A stretch of 64,000 nt of DNA, taken from positions 2,294,001 to 2,358,000 of the forward strand of contig CATNEN010000003.1 in the NCBI GenBank assembly GCA_950097015.1. Direction: 5' to 3'. Every line of letters begins with the position of its first letter. The stretch's first letter is position 1. Both the position numbers and the translations under genes were made by a program. The notes beneath the pieces were generated by a model. That model was not told the DNA's origin and ran no database searches. It saw nothing but the letters and a program-made list of their open reading frames with translations. The stretch is from Macrostomum hystrix (taxonomy: Eukaryota > Animalia > Platyhelminthes). Positions 13,655 to 25,714 of the stretch are shown in pieces.

Positions 13655-14660
13655 CCCCTCTCCTCCCCTCTCCTCTCCTCTCCTCTCCTCTCCTCTGCTC
13701 TCCTCTCCTCTCCTCTCCTCTCCTCTCCTCTCCTCTCCTCTCCTCTCCTCTCCTCTCCTCTCCTCTCCTCTCCTCTGCTCTCCTCTCCTCTCCTCTCCTC
13801 TCCTCTCCTCTCCTCTCCTCTCCTCTCCTCTCCTCTGCTCTCCTCTCCTCTCCTCTCCTCTCCTCTCCTCTCCTCTCCTCTGCTCTCCTCTCCTCTCCTC
13901 TGCTCTCCTCTCCTCTGCTCTCCTCTCCTCTCCTCTCCTCTCCTCTCCTCTCCTCTCCTCTCCTCTCCTCTCCTCTCCTCTTCTCTCCTCTCCTCTCCTC
14001 TGCTCTCCTCTCCTCTCCTCTCCTCTCCTCTCCTCTCCTCTCCTCTGCTCTCCTCTCCTCTCCTCTGCTCTCCTCTCCTCTCCTCTGCTCTCCTCTCCTC
14101 TGCTCTCCTCTCCTCTCCTCTCCTCTCCTCTCCTCTCCTCTGCTCTCCTCTCCTCTGCTCTCCTCTCCTCTCCTCTCCTCTCCTCTCCTCTCCTCTCCTC
14201 TCCTCTCCTCTCCTCTGCTCTCCTCTCCTCTGCTCTCCTCTCCTCTCCTCTCCTCTCCTCTCCTCTCCTCTGCTCTCCTCTCCTCCCCCCTCCTCTCCGC
14301 TCCTCTCCTCTGCTCTCCTCTCCTCTCCTCTCCTCTGCTCTCCTCTCCTCTCCTCTCCTCTGCTCTCCTCTTCTCCCCTCTCCTCTCCTCTCCTCTCCTC
14401 TGCTCTCCTCTCCTCTCCTCTCCTCTGCTCTCCTCTCCTCTCCTCTCCTCTCCTCTGCTCTCCTCTCCTCTCCTCTGCTCTCCTCTCCTCTCCTCTCCTC
14501 TGCTCTCCTCTCCTCCCCTCTCCTCTCCTCTCCTCTCCTCTGCTCTCCTTAGAGGGCGAGAGAAGTAGAGGGCGAGAGAAGTAGAGGGCGAGAGAAGTAG
14601 AGGGCAAGAGAAGTTGAGGGCGAGAGAAGTAGAGGGCGAGAGAAGTAGAGGGGAGAGAGA
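13655..14660. repeat. (CTCCT)n microsatellite followed by a 16-bp purine array (gagggcgagagaagta)
   Basis: Directly visible. Switch point at about 14549. Confidence 0.95.
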
Positions 14661-15074
14661 GAGTTGAAGATACAGCTTTATCGGAATAAAGAAAAGTAAA
14701 GCTTTAGACTGGAGTATACATTTTTTCATTGCTGTCATAGGATTAAAACACCATTAACTGCGGAGTAGATTAGATTTAATCAAAAGGTATTCTTTTCGTC
14801 AATAGGTAAGAATTTAATCTTCAACTTACAAGGCCCGTGTTTAAGCTCTTTTTAATCTTGAAGATGACTTTAAGCTCGGCATAAGGAAATGCTAATTCAT
14901 TTAGATTTTAAACTTGGAATGGATTTTTAAAGCGAATGCCTTCGAAGAAAAAAATATTTTGTCGTTCGTAGACAGGTACAAAAATTTAAATAGGCCTTTA
15001 AACATTATTTTTGACTTGCTTTGCTTTGCTTTATAAATTTTTTTTCCTACACACTAAATCCCGTCACCGCACCT

Positions 15075-15898
15075 CAATTCTCCAGCCTGAAACCCACCAC
15101 CCCATTCTCCAGTCTGAAACCCACCACCCCATTCTCCAGTCTGAAACCCACCACCCCATTCTCCAGGCTGAAACCCACCACCCCATTCTCCAGCCTGAAA
15201 CCCACCACCCCATTCTCCAGTCAAAAACTCACCACCCCATTCTCCAGTCTGAAACCCACCACCCCATTCTCCAGCCTGAAACCCACCACCCCATTCTCCA
15301 GCCTGAAACCCACCACCCCATTCTCCAGTCAAAAACTCACCACCCCATTCTCCAGTCAGAAACCCACCACCCCATTCTCCAGTCAGAAACCCACCACCCC
15401 ATTCTCCAGCCTGAAACCCACCACCCCATTCTCCAGCCTGAAACCCACCACCCCATTCTCCAGTCAAAAACTCACCACCCCATTCTCCAGTCAGAAACCC
15501 ACCACCCCATTCTCCAGTCTGAAACCCACCACCCCATTCTCCAGTCTGAAACCCACCACCCCATTCTCCAGGCTGAAACCCACCACCCCATTCTCCAGGC
15601 TGAAACCCGCCACCCCATTCTCCAGTCAGAAACCCACCACCCCATTCTCCAGCCTGAAACCCACCACCCCATTCTCCAGCCTGAAACCCACCACCCCATT
15701 CTCCAGCCTGAAACCCACCACCCCATTCTCCAGCCTGAAACCCACCACCCCATTCTCCAGTCAAAAACTCACCACCCCATTCTCCAGTCAGAAACCCACC
15801 ACCCCATTCTCCAGTCAGAAACCCACCACCCTATTCTCCAGTCAGAAACCCACCACCCTATTCTCCAGTCAGAAACCCGCCACCCCATTCTCCAGTCT
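15075..15898. repeat. Minisatellite, 27 bp unit (ccccattctccagtctgaaacccacca)
   Basis: Ends about 30 bp before the acceptor at 15927. Confidence 0.96.
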
Positions 15899-15927
15899 AA
15901 ATCTTGCAAACCAAAATACGATTTCAG

Positions 15928-16028
15928 TTTGTTCGAGATTACGCAATCTCTTTACTGGTCTACGTACGGCTTAATTGAACTGGGCAACACTGATTTGGAA
16001 TATCGCCACTCGTTTACAGAGTTCGTCG
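15928..16028 (+). CDS. TRPC: TRPC exon (pore helix)
   Basis: tttcag|T completes AAT. NLFEITQSLYWSTYGLIEL...FTEFVG, with LYW at the LFW pore-motif position. G|gtaag donor. Confidence 0.93.
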
Positions 16029-16579
16029 GTAAGTTTAGTTTTATTGGAAAATAAATGAAATATTATTTATATTATTACTATTTCGCCCTCTCTTAGAATA
16101 TCATATTTTGTGTTTCGAAACTGAAAAAATATTTTACTGTAAAATGAAAAAAACACAGCATGGAACACAAGTATTCGGAAATTAAACAATATATATTCAA
16201 TAATAAATGTTCTATAATCCCTCATTTAGGATAAAAACGCTCTTTTACATGCAGCTTTTAAATCGTGTTCACTTTTTTATTGAAAAATAAACTTTTAAAT
16301 ACAAATCATGCTACTTACAGTAGCACGCACTAAAAGGGCGGAAATAACGTAGCCACAGAAGGCCAGAAGGAGATACTATTAGTAGTATTATTACACAGCA
16401 AAAATCTAATTGTATAATGTAATGCATGAATTAGAATATACGAACATTTATTTAAATAGATCATTGTGATAATATGCAGAATCGTATCATGTACAAATAT
16501 CCCCCCCGGGGAAAATAGGGATCAAATAAGAAAATCCTCAGAATTTTTTTGAGGATACCTAATGGGATCGACTGATGAA

Positions 16580-16935
16580 ATCCTGAGGGATTGATTGAGG
16601 AAATCCTAGGGGATTGATTGAGGAAATCCTAGGGGATTGATTTAGGAAATCCTAGGGGATTGATGGAGGAAATCCTAGGGGATTGATTGAGGAAATCCTA
16701 GGGGATTGATTGAGGAAATCCTTGGAGATTGATTGAGGAAATCCTAGGGGATTGACTGAGGAAATCCTTGGGAATTGATTGAGGAAATGCTAGGGGATTG
16801 ATTCAGGAAATCCTTGGGGATTGATTGAGGAAATCCTAGGGGATTTATTGAGGAAATCCTAGGGGATTGATTGAGGAAATCCTTGGGGATTTATTGAGGA
16901 AATCCTAGGGGATTGATTGAGGAAATCCTTGTGGA
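16580..16935. repeat. Minisatellite, 23 bp unit (gattgattgaggaaatcctaggg)
   Basis: About 15 units. Confidence 0.93.
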
Positions 16936-17056
16936 TTGATAGATGCCTCAGGCTTGGTGAGGATTAATAAGTTCTTGAGGTGAGGATATTCTTTCTCAGA
17001 AATAAAATTCCATTTCCCCATTCTGTCCAGCCATATCCCATCCAATCGCCAGTAGT

Positions 17057-20000
17057 CTAAGTTCTGCGACTGTAGCTCTTTGACTGTGGCATTCTTTGAA
17101 CATCCCGCTGCTCCACCGCCTGTCGTGCCGGCAGCGGCGGCGCACTTTCGTTTTCGGCAGCCGGATCTCCCGGATCCTCGTACACACCAGAGTCCGGCCT
17201 GTTCTGGCCGCTCGCAGTTGTCGAGTCTGACATAATAGTTGACAGCAGAGTAGCTCTGGGTGTCAGGGTGTTACAGCTGTACGAGGCTGCATTGAAATAG
17301 CCGACACTCTGCTGCGGCAGCTGGTACAGATTCTGCTGACGGCCGGTTTGCCTCAGGGTGGCTTGCGAGTCGGCGGCGATGACTCCGGGATCTTGCGACA
17401 CCAGCCGGTGAATTATCAGCGCGTTGCTGAAATGGATTGCGTTGTTGATGGGCTTCTGTGGGCTTCTGATTGGTCCAAAGCGTTTCTAGGTTTCTGATTG
17501 GTCCAAAACGTTTCTAGGTTTTTGATTGGTCCAAAGCGTTTCTAGGTTTACGATTGGACTGAAGTGTTTCTAGGTTTTTGATTGGTCCAAAGCATTTCTA
17601 GGTTTTTGATTGTTCCAAAGCGTTTTTAGGTTTCTAATTGGTCCAAAGCGTTTCTAGGTTACTAATTGGTCTGTAGTTTCTACGTTTCTGATTGGCCCAA
17701 AGCGTTTCAAGGTTTTTGATTGGTCTGTAGTTTCTAGGTTTCTGATTGGTACAAAACGTTTCAAGGTTTTTGATTGGTCCAAGGCGTTTCTAGGTATTTG
17801 ATTGGTCTGTAGTTTCTAGGTTTCTGATTGGTCTGAAGGATTGGAGGTTTTTAATTGGCCTGAGTCAATCTTGATTTGCTGATTGGTATTGGGTATCGAA
17901 TGTTTCTAACTGGTCTTAGGTAGATTTTTGATTGGTCGAAAGGGTTCAAAGATTTTTAATTGGTCTGACGGATTGAAGGTATCTATTTGGTCTGAAGAGT
18001 TTGAAGGCTTCAGATTGGTCGAAACATTTGTAGGTTTCTCATTGGCTTGAAGCGATTCTGGGTTTCTGATTGGTTTATGGGTTCGAAGGTTTCTGATTCG
18101 TCTGAAGGCTTTGTAGGCTTTGTGGATTTAATTATGATCTGAAGTTTTAATAAAACTTGAAATATTGTAGCTCACCTTTCAGAAGCTTTGCACATTTTTA
18201 TTGCCACTAGAGCAATGATAGCCAGAATACAGATGCTAGTCATCGAGGAGGCCATGACGGCAACAAACATGACGCTTTTCTGTAATAAACCCCATCAAAT
18301 CTCTCGCGTTAATTTTTTAGCTAGGGTTCATATTAAGCGACTTTTAGGTGCTTTCTAGTCTTACGGTTTCATCTTTGTTGTTGCCTGAATTGTCATTTCC
18401 TCCGCCAATGTGCTTTGCATCCGGTGTGCTTGTAACAAGCTTTGAAGCAGCTAACTTTTTAGCAAGCTCGGCTGAACAGTCTGAAGTAGTTAGGATAATC
18501 TCATCGACTAATCAATACCAATTACTACTCAACCTCTTAGCACCCACTCCTCTTTTCGTTACTACCTCACTCCCCCATTCCTTACCCCTCTCAGTACCCA
18601 CCTTGCTCCTCTATTTCATACCCCGAGCACCCACCTCACTCCTCCATTCCTTACCCCTCTCAGCACCCACCTCACTCCTCCATTCCTTACCCCTCTCAGT
18701 ACCCACCTCACTCCTCCATTCCTTACCCCTCTCAGTACCCACCTCACTCCTCCATTCCTTACCCCTCTCAGTACCCACCTCACTCCTCCATTCCTTACCC
18801 CTCTCAGCACCCACCTCACTCCTCCATTCCTTACCCCTCTCAGCACCCACCTCACACCTGTCCTGAGCCCGCTCAGTTAGCACCCACCTCACTCCACGAT
18901 TTCACTTCACCATTTCTCACCCCCCTTGGTACCCAAAAGGCCCTTTCACTCACCAATGCTTCCGTTGCACTTTTGATTGCCCTGCGAATCGCAGCAACAA
19001 TTTTCAGTCAATTCGCATCGTTTATCGCACCGGTCGCCATAGTAACCGGGACTGCACTGAACCCAGACTGAGATCATCATACTGAAAAAGAAATCTGCTC
19101 AAAATATTTACTTAGCAACAAATATTCAGACGCTAGCAATGGCCAGTACTCACCGAATCGATTCTGGGGAGTTTCGCGTTCGCTTCATCTCAAACACCGG
19201 CCAACGATCGGCAGTTAAACTTGCGGAAATTGTTTTTAGAGGTGTTTCAGATGCGCTGCTTTCAACCAGTTCGCCAATTATGTTCGGAGCTGTGACATTC
19301 AACTCAAAATTAGCAATGGAATCAAGACGATCGTCAAATAGGCAGTCACTGACTTGAATGCGAATCATTGCCCAACTCTGAAATAATAAAAAATTAAAAT
19401 GTTTTTCTTCTGATTAGATAGGACGTATGAGTATTTCACAATACTTGCCGGCACTGGTCCATCTTCACTGATCAGCGCCTTCGTTAACTGAGGCATTGTC
19501 TCGACTTGGTTCGTGAAATTCAATCGATCCGCGTTGTTAACACAAGGACTGGACATGCGGAGTGCTGGTCTGAGGACAGGACAGAATTTCAGGGTAGATA
19601 GAGGTGCCATTTCCAATACCATAGACTGTCATTCCCTCTCCTATAGACTGTGCCATTCCCTCTACTATAGACTGCCATTCCCTCTACTATAGACTGTGCC
19701 ATTCCCTCTCCTATAGACTGTGCCATTCCCTCTCCTATAGACTGTGCCATTCCCTCTCCTATAGACTGTGCCATTCCCTCTCCTATAGACTGTGCCATTC
19801 CCTCTACTATAGACTGCCATTCCCTCTACTATAGACTGTGCCATTCCCTCTCCTATAGACTATGCCATTCCCTCTACTATAGACTGTCATTCCCTCTACT
19901 ATAGACTGCCATTCCCTCTACTATAGACTGCCATTCCCTCTACTATAGACTGTCATTCCCTCTACTATAGACTGTGCCATTCCCTCTACTATAGACTGCC

Positions 20001-21718
20001 ATTCCCTCTACTATAGACTATGCCATTCCCTCTCCTATAGAATGTGCCATTCCCTCTACTATAGACTGCCATTCCCTCTACTATAGACTGCCATTCCCTC
20101 TACTATAGACTGTGCCATTCCCTCTACTATAGACTGTGCCATTCCCTCTACTATAGACTGTGCCATTCCCTCTACTATAGACTGTGCCATTCCCTCTCCT
20201 ATAGACTGTGCCATTCCCTCTACTATAGACTGTGCCATTCCCTCTACTATAGACTGTGCCATTCCCTCTACTATAGACTGTGCCATTCCCTCTACTATAG
20301 ACTATGCCATTCCCTCTCCTATAGACTATGCCATTCCCTCTACTATAGACTACTGTGCCATTCCCTCTACTATAGACTGCCATTCCCTCTACTATAGACT
20401 GCCATTCCCTCTACTATAGACTGTCATTCCCTCTACTATAGACTGTGCCATTCCCTCTACTATAGACTGCCATTCGCTCTACTATAGACTGTGCCATTCC
20501 CTCTACTATAGACTGTGCCATTCCCTCTACTATAGACTGCCATTCCCTCTACTATAGACTATGCCATTCCCTCTCCTATAGACTGTGCCATTCCCTCTAC
20601 TATAGACTGCCATTCCCTCTACTATAGACTGCCATTCCCTCTACTATAGACTATGCCATTCCCTCTCCTATAGACTGTGCCATTCCCTCTACTATAGACT
20701 GTGCCATTCCCTCTACTATAGACTGTGCCATTCCCTCTACTATAGACTGTGCCATTCCCTCTACTATAGACTGTGCCATTCCCTCTACTATAGACTATGC
20801 CATTCCCTCTCCTATAGACTATGCCATTCCCTCTACTATAGACTGTGCCATTCCCTCTACTATAGACTGCCATTCCCTCTACTATAGACTGCCATTCCCT
20901 CTACTATAGACTGTCATTCCCTCTACTATAGACTGTGCCATTCCCTCTACTATAGACTGCCATTCCCTCTACTATAGACTATGCCATTCCCTCTCCTATA
21001 GACTGTGCCATTCCCTCTACTATAGACTGCCATTCCCTCTACTATAGACTGCCATTCCCTCTACTATAGACTATGCCATTCCCTCTCCTATAGACTGTGC
21101 CATTCCCTCTACTATAGACTGTCATTCCCTCTACTATAGACTGCCATTCCCTCTACTATAGACTGTGCCATTCCCTCTACTATAGACTGCCATTCCCTCT
21201 ACTATAGACTGTGCCATTCCCTCTACTATAGACTGCCATTCCCTCTACTATAGACTGTGCCATTCCCTCTACCATAGACTGTACCATTCCCTCTACCATA
21301 GACTGTGCCATTCCCTCTACCATAGACTGTGCCATTCCCTCTACCATAGACTGCCATTCCCTCTCCTGTATACTGCCATTCCCTCAGTGCTTACCCATCC
21401 CAAACAGCGGACATGTCGAAGGCGGGATCGCAGGCCGAACTACCAGAGTCGCATTCCGTTCCGTCGATTCTCAAATTCGAAGGATTTTCATAGCTGATCA
21501 GCATTATGACTAGCCTAGCCTTTAGGAATAGATTTTATTAGGGTATTTTTTGTTAGTTTTTTTAATCTGTCCAACGCATTGAGCTCAAACACACATACTA
21601 ATATTGCAGTATTTGAGTCGTTGATAATATAACTCACCGATGACGTCACAGTCGGCAATCCGTATGAGTAGTTTATCAATAAACTTGCAACTAAAAACCT
21701 TAGCATCACTCTAATCAT
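17057..21718 (-). CDS. Nested gene: atypical Delta/Serrate-like type-I membrane protein (signal peptide, MNNL/C2-like, DSL-like, TM, no EGF repeats), about 422 aa. Exons 21718-21638, 21519-21395, 19569-19449, 19377-19154, 19081-18954, 18480-18365, 18279-18176, 17426-17057.
   Basis: Hand-spliced with all phases consistent (0,2,0,2,1,0,2), total 1269 nt. Signal peptide MIRVMLRFLVASLLINYSYG. YENPSNLRIDGTECDSGSSACDPAF resembles the Notch-ligand N-terminus. VWVQCSPGYYGDRCDKRCELTENCCCDSQGNQKCNGSIDC resembles DSL. TM segment VMFVAVMASSMTSICILAIIALVAI. Domain calls come from motif recognition, not a search. Confidence 0.8.
17465..18110. repeat. Degenerate minisatellite, about 29 bp unit (tttctgattggtccaaagcgtttctagg)
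   Basis: Fills the last intron of the nested gene. Confidence 0.85.
18535..18890. repeat. Minisatellite, 36 bp unit (cccacctcactcctccattccttacccctctcagta)
   Basis: Fills intron 5 of the nested gene. Confidence 0.92.
19620..21385. repeat. Minisatellite, 22-24 bp unit (tatagactgtgccattccctctac)
   Basis: Fills intron 2 of the nested gene almost completely. Confidence 0.97.
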
Positions 21719-21739
21719 TTACTTAGCGATTCTAATTTA

Positions 21740-21740
21740 G

Positions 21741-21795
<55 letters not shown>

Positions 21796-21985
21796 TGCTG
21801 CTGTTGCTGCTGCTGTTGCTGCTGCTGTTGCTGCTGCTGTTGCTGCTGCTGTTGCTGCTGCTGTTGCTGCTGCTGTTGCTGCTGCTGTTGCTGCTGCTGT
21901 TGCTGCTGCTGTTGCTGCTGCTGTTGCTGCTGCTGTTGCTGCTGCTGTTGCTGCTGCTGTTGCTGCTGCTGTTGCTGCTGTTGCT
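21740..21985. repeat. (CTG)n / (CTGCTGCTGTTG)n triplet repeat
   Basis: About 80 triplets. Confidence 0.97.
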
Positions 21986-22459
21986 AGAAAGGTTGAATAT
22001 TAATTTTGGTTTCTGCTATATACATATAGACTGTATATATATATTATTCGTTTGACCGCTAACCAAAGCCACTGATGAAGCTGCATTAAGGCAAAACTCA
22101 GCGGTTGATAAACAAAGCTTAGAGACTGGCGATTGCAATCTATCGCTTGTGATACATGGTGAGCCCCCGCAATGCCTTGAACATTTAAGGCAATGAGGTG
22201 AAGCTACTAGCATAGTTTTAATTGGAAAATTTAGATTAGTAAAAATTGTTATCAAACTTAATAGGAATCTATTAGACATGCTATTGTAATTGCAATCTAT
22301 TAGCATTGATTTACAAACCTGTAAAAGGCAAAAAAATATTTTTTTGTGCCTCATCATGTCTATTTGTGGCTTCAACGTGTTTTCCGGTGTAATTTCGAAC
22401 AGAAAAACTCGATCCAAACTTTCTACCTATTCGTGGATTTCTAACCCCTGTTTGACAGC

Positions 22460-24060
22460 CTCTACCCCCTTCACAAGAGGTTTCTAGCACCTACCAAGAG
22501 GTTTCTACCCCCTTCCCAAGAGGTTTCTACCCTCTTCCCAAGAGGTTTCTACCCCCTTCCCAAGAGGTTTCTACCCCCATCACAAGAGGTTTCTAGCACC
22601 TACCAAGAGGTTTCTACCCTCTTCCCAAAAGGTTTCTACCCTCTTCCCAAGAGGTTTCTACCCCCTTCCCAAGAGGTTTCTACCCCCATCACAAGAGGTT
22701 TCTAGCACCTACCAAGAGGTTTCTACCCCCTTCCCAAGAGGTTTCTACCCTCTTCCCAAGAGGTTTCTACCCCCTTCCCAAGAGGTTTCTACCCCCATCA
22801 CAAGAGGTTTCTAGCACCTACCAAGAGGTTTCTACCCTCTTCCCAAAAGGTTTCTACCCTCTTCCCAAGAGGTTTCTACCCCCTTCCCAAGAGGTTTCTA
22901 CCCCCATCACAAGAGGTTTCTAGCACCTACCAAGAGGTTTCTACCCCCTTCCCAAGAGGTTTCTACCCTCTTCCCAAAAGGTTTCTACCCCCTTCCCAAG
23001 AGGTTTCTACCCCCTTGCCAAGAGGTTTCTACCCCCTTCCCAAAAGGTTTCTACCCCCTTGCCAAGAGGTTTCTACCCCCTTCCCAAGAGGTTTCTACCC
23101 CCTTGCCAAGAGGTTTCTTCCCCTTCCCAAGAGGTTTCTACCCTCTTCCGAAGAGGTTTCTACCCCCTTCCCAAGAGGTTTCTACCCCCTTGCCAAGAGG
23201 TTTCTACCCCCTTCCCAAGAGGTTTCTACCCCCTTCCCAAGAGGTTTCTATCCCCTTCCCAAGATGTTTCTACCCCCTTCCCAAGAGGTTTCTACCCCCT
23301 TCCCAAGAGGTTTCTACCCCCTTCCCAAGAGGTTTCTACCCTTGACTTAGCGGCAGGGGGCCTCCATGACGGACGCAGCGAGGAGGCGGCTGATGCCGCC
23401 CATATCGCTAACCCCTGGCAGAGGTTTCTACCCCCTTCCCAAGAGGTTTCTACCACCTACCAAGAGGTTTCTACCCCCTTCCCAAGAGGTTTCTACCCCC
23501 TTCCCAAGAGGTTTCTACCCCCTTGCCAAGAGGTTTCTACCCCCTTCCCAAGAGGTTTCTACCCCCTTCCCAAGAGGTTTCTACCCCCTTCCCAAGATGT
23601 TTCTACCCCCTTCCCAAGAGGTTTCTACCCCCTTCCCAAGAGGTTTCTACCCCCTTCCCAAGAGGTTTCTACCCTTGACTTAGCGGCAGGGGGCCTCCAT
23701 GACGGACGCAGCGAGGAGGCGGCTGATGCCGCCCATATCGCTAACCCCTGGCAGAGGTTTCTACCCCCTTCCCAAGAGGTTTCTACCACCTACCAAGAGG
23801 TTTCTACCCCCTTCCCAAGAGGTTTATACCCCCTTCCCAAGAGGTTTCTACCCCCTTCCCAAGAGGTTTCTACCCCCCTTCCCAAGAGGTTTCTACCCCC
23901 TTCCCAAGAGGTTTCTACCCCCTTCCCAAGAGGTTTCTACCCTCTTCCCAAGAGGTTTCTACCCCCTTCGCAAGAGGTTTCTACCCCCTTCCCAAGAGGT
24001 TTCTACCCCCTTCCCAAGAGGTTTCTACCACCTACCAAGAGGTTTACCCCTTTCCATGAG
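22460..24060. repeat. Minisatellite, 22 bp unit (ccccttcccaagaggtttctac) with two embedded foreign inserts
   Basis: Directly visible. Confidence 0.96.
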
Positions 24061-24230
24061 GTTTCTAATCTTTCCAAAGAGGTTTTTAACCCTAGTAATG
24101 ATTTTTTCAACTAAACAAGCTAAAAAATAACTTTTTAAATTGCCCAAAAACCTGTCCTTTTTACACGCTACTTACAGTTGAAATATTAGAAACTAAACAA
24201 ACAATTTTCCATTGAAAACCCAAACCGCAG

Positions 24231-24325
24231 GCAAGCTAATGTACGGCGTTTTCTCGGCCATCACCTTCGTGGTACTGCTCAACATGCTAATAGCCATGAT
24301 GAACTGCAGCTATGAGTTCATTGCG
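24231..24325 (+). CDS. TRPC: TRPC exon (S6)
   Basis: cag|GC acceptor. GKLMYGVFSAITFVVLLNMLIAMMNCSYEFIA, then a gtaata donor. Confidence 0.95.
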
Positions 24326-24409
24326 GTAATATCATGCAAATATGACCCTTCATTTTGGTATCCGGTGACTTTTGCCACCCTCTCTGACTTCACTCTCTGT
24401 TTCAATCTG

Positions 24410-25070
24410 TTTCACTCTCGATTTCACTCTCGATTTCACTCTCAAGTTCACTCTCGATTTCACTCTCGATTTCCCTCTCAAGTTCACTCTCGATTTCACT
24501 CTCGATTTCACTCTCGATTTCACTCTCGATTTCACTCTCGATTTCACTCTCGATTTCACTCTCGATTTCCCTCTCAAGTTCACTCTCGATTTCACTCTCG
24601 ATTTCACTCTCGATTTCACTCTCGATTTCACTCTCGATTTCACTCTCGATTTCACTCTCGATTTCACTCTCGATTTCACTCTCGATTTCACTCTCGATTT
24701 CACTCTTGATTTCACTTTCGATTTCACTCTCGATTTCACTCTTGATTTCACTCTCGATTTCACTCTCGATTTCACTCTCGATTTCACTCTCAAGTTCACT
24801 CTCGATTTCACTCTCGATTTCACTCTCGATTTCACTCTCAAGTTCACTCTCGATTTCACTCTAGATTTCACTCTCGATGTCACTCTCGATTTCACTCTCA
24901 AGTTCACTCTCGATTTCACTCTCAAGTTCACTCTCGATTTCACTCTAGATTTCACTCTCTATTTCACTCTCGATTTCACTCTCGATTTCACTCTCAAGTT
25001 CACTCTCGATTTCACTCTCGATTTCACTCTCGATTTCACTCTCGATTTCACTCTAGATTTCACTCTCTAA
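24410..25070. repeat. Minisatellite, 12 bp unit (ttcactctcgat)
   Basis: Directly visible. Confidence 0.96.
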
Positions 25071-25714
25071 TTTTCACTCTCTTTTTCACTCTCGATCCCT
25101 CGATCCCTCTAATTCACTCATTTTTTCACTCTCTTTGTCATCCTCTTTGTCACTCTCCATTTAACTCTCAAGCTCACTCATTACTTCACTCATTATGTCA
25201 CTGTATTTTTCACTCTTTTTTCACTCCATTTCACAATGTCACTCGCAAGTTGACTCTCTATTTTACCCTCTATTTCACTCCCTATTCTTCGAATTCGTAT
25301 CGAGTAAAAATCGTAACTAGAGAAAGCTAAAACAGAAGTTTACTTCAAATATTTTTCTTCATCAGCACTAAGTCTTATTTTTTTTCTGGCTTTCGTTGAC
25401 TTCATTTTTTCAAAAAGATTCAGTCAGTTGTTTTCGATACTACGCAAATCTTTCATATTTTTAAGCCAAATATTTACACTTAGCTTCGCAAATTTTATAC
25501 TTTCGTTGTGTCTTTTACTTCGAAAAACAAGAAAAAATGAAATGCTTCTTGCTACAAAAGATCGTTTTTTATTATGCGAGCTGTACTTTTGTCTGATTTT
25601 TCAGTAGCAACTCCCACCTGTGCTTGCATCTGTAGCTTTGAAATTTTCTAAAATGCGCTATCCTTTGCCCTTCCAGTGATCCCACTTAATGAGGTTTTAC
25701 TGGCCCTCAAATCA

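Noticed and set aside
23344-23420. Complete HDV-like ribozyme on the - strand of the insert
   Set aside because: L3-like and GCUAA motifs are present, but P2 cannot form and P3/P1 are imperfect.
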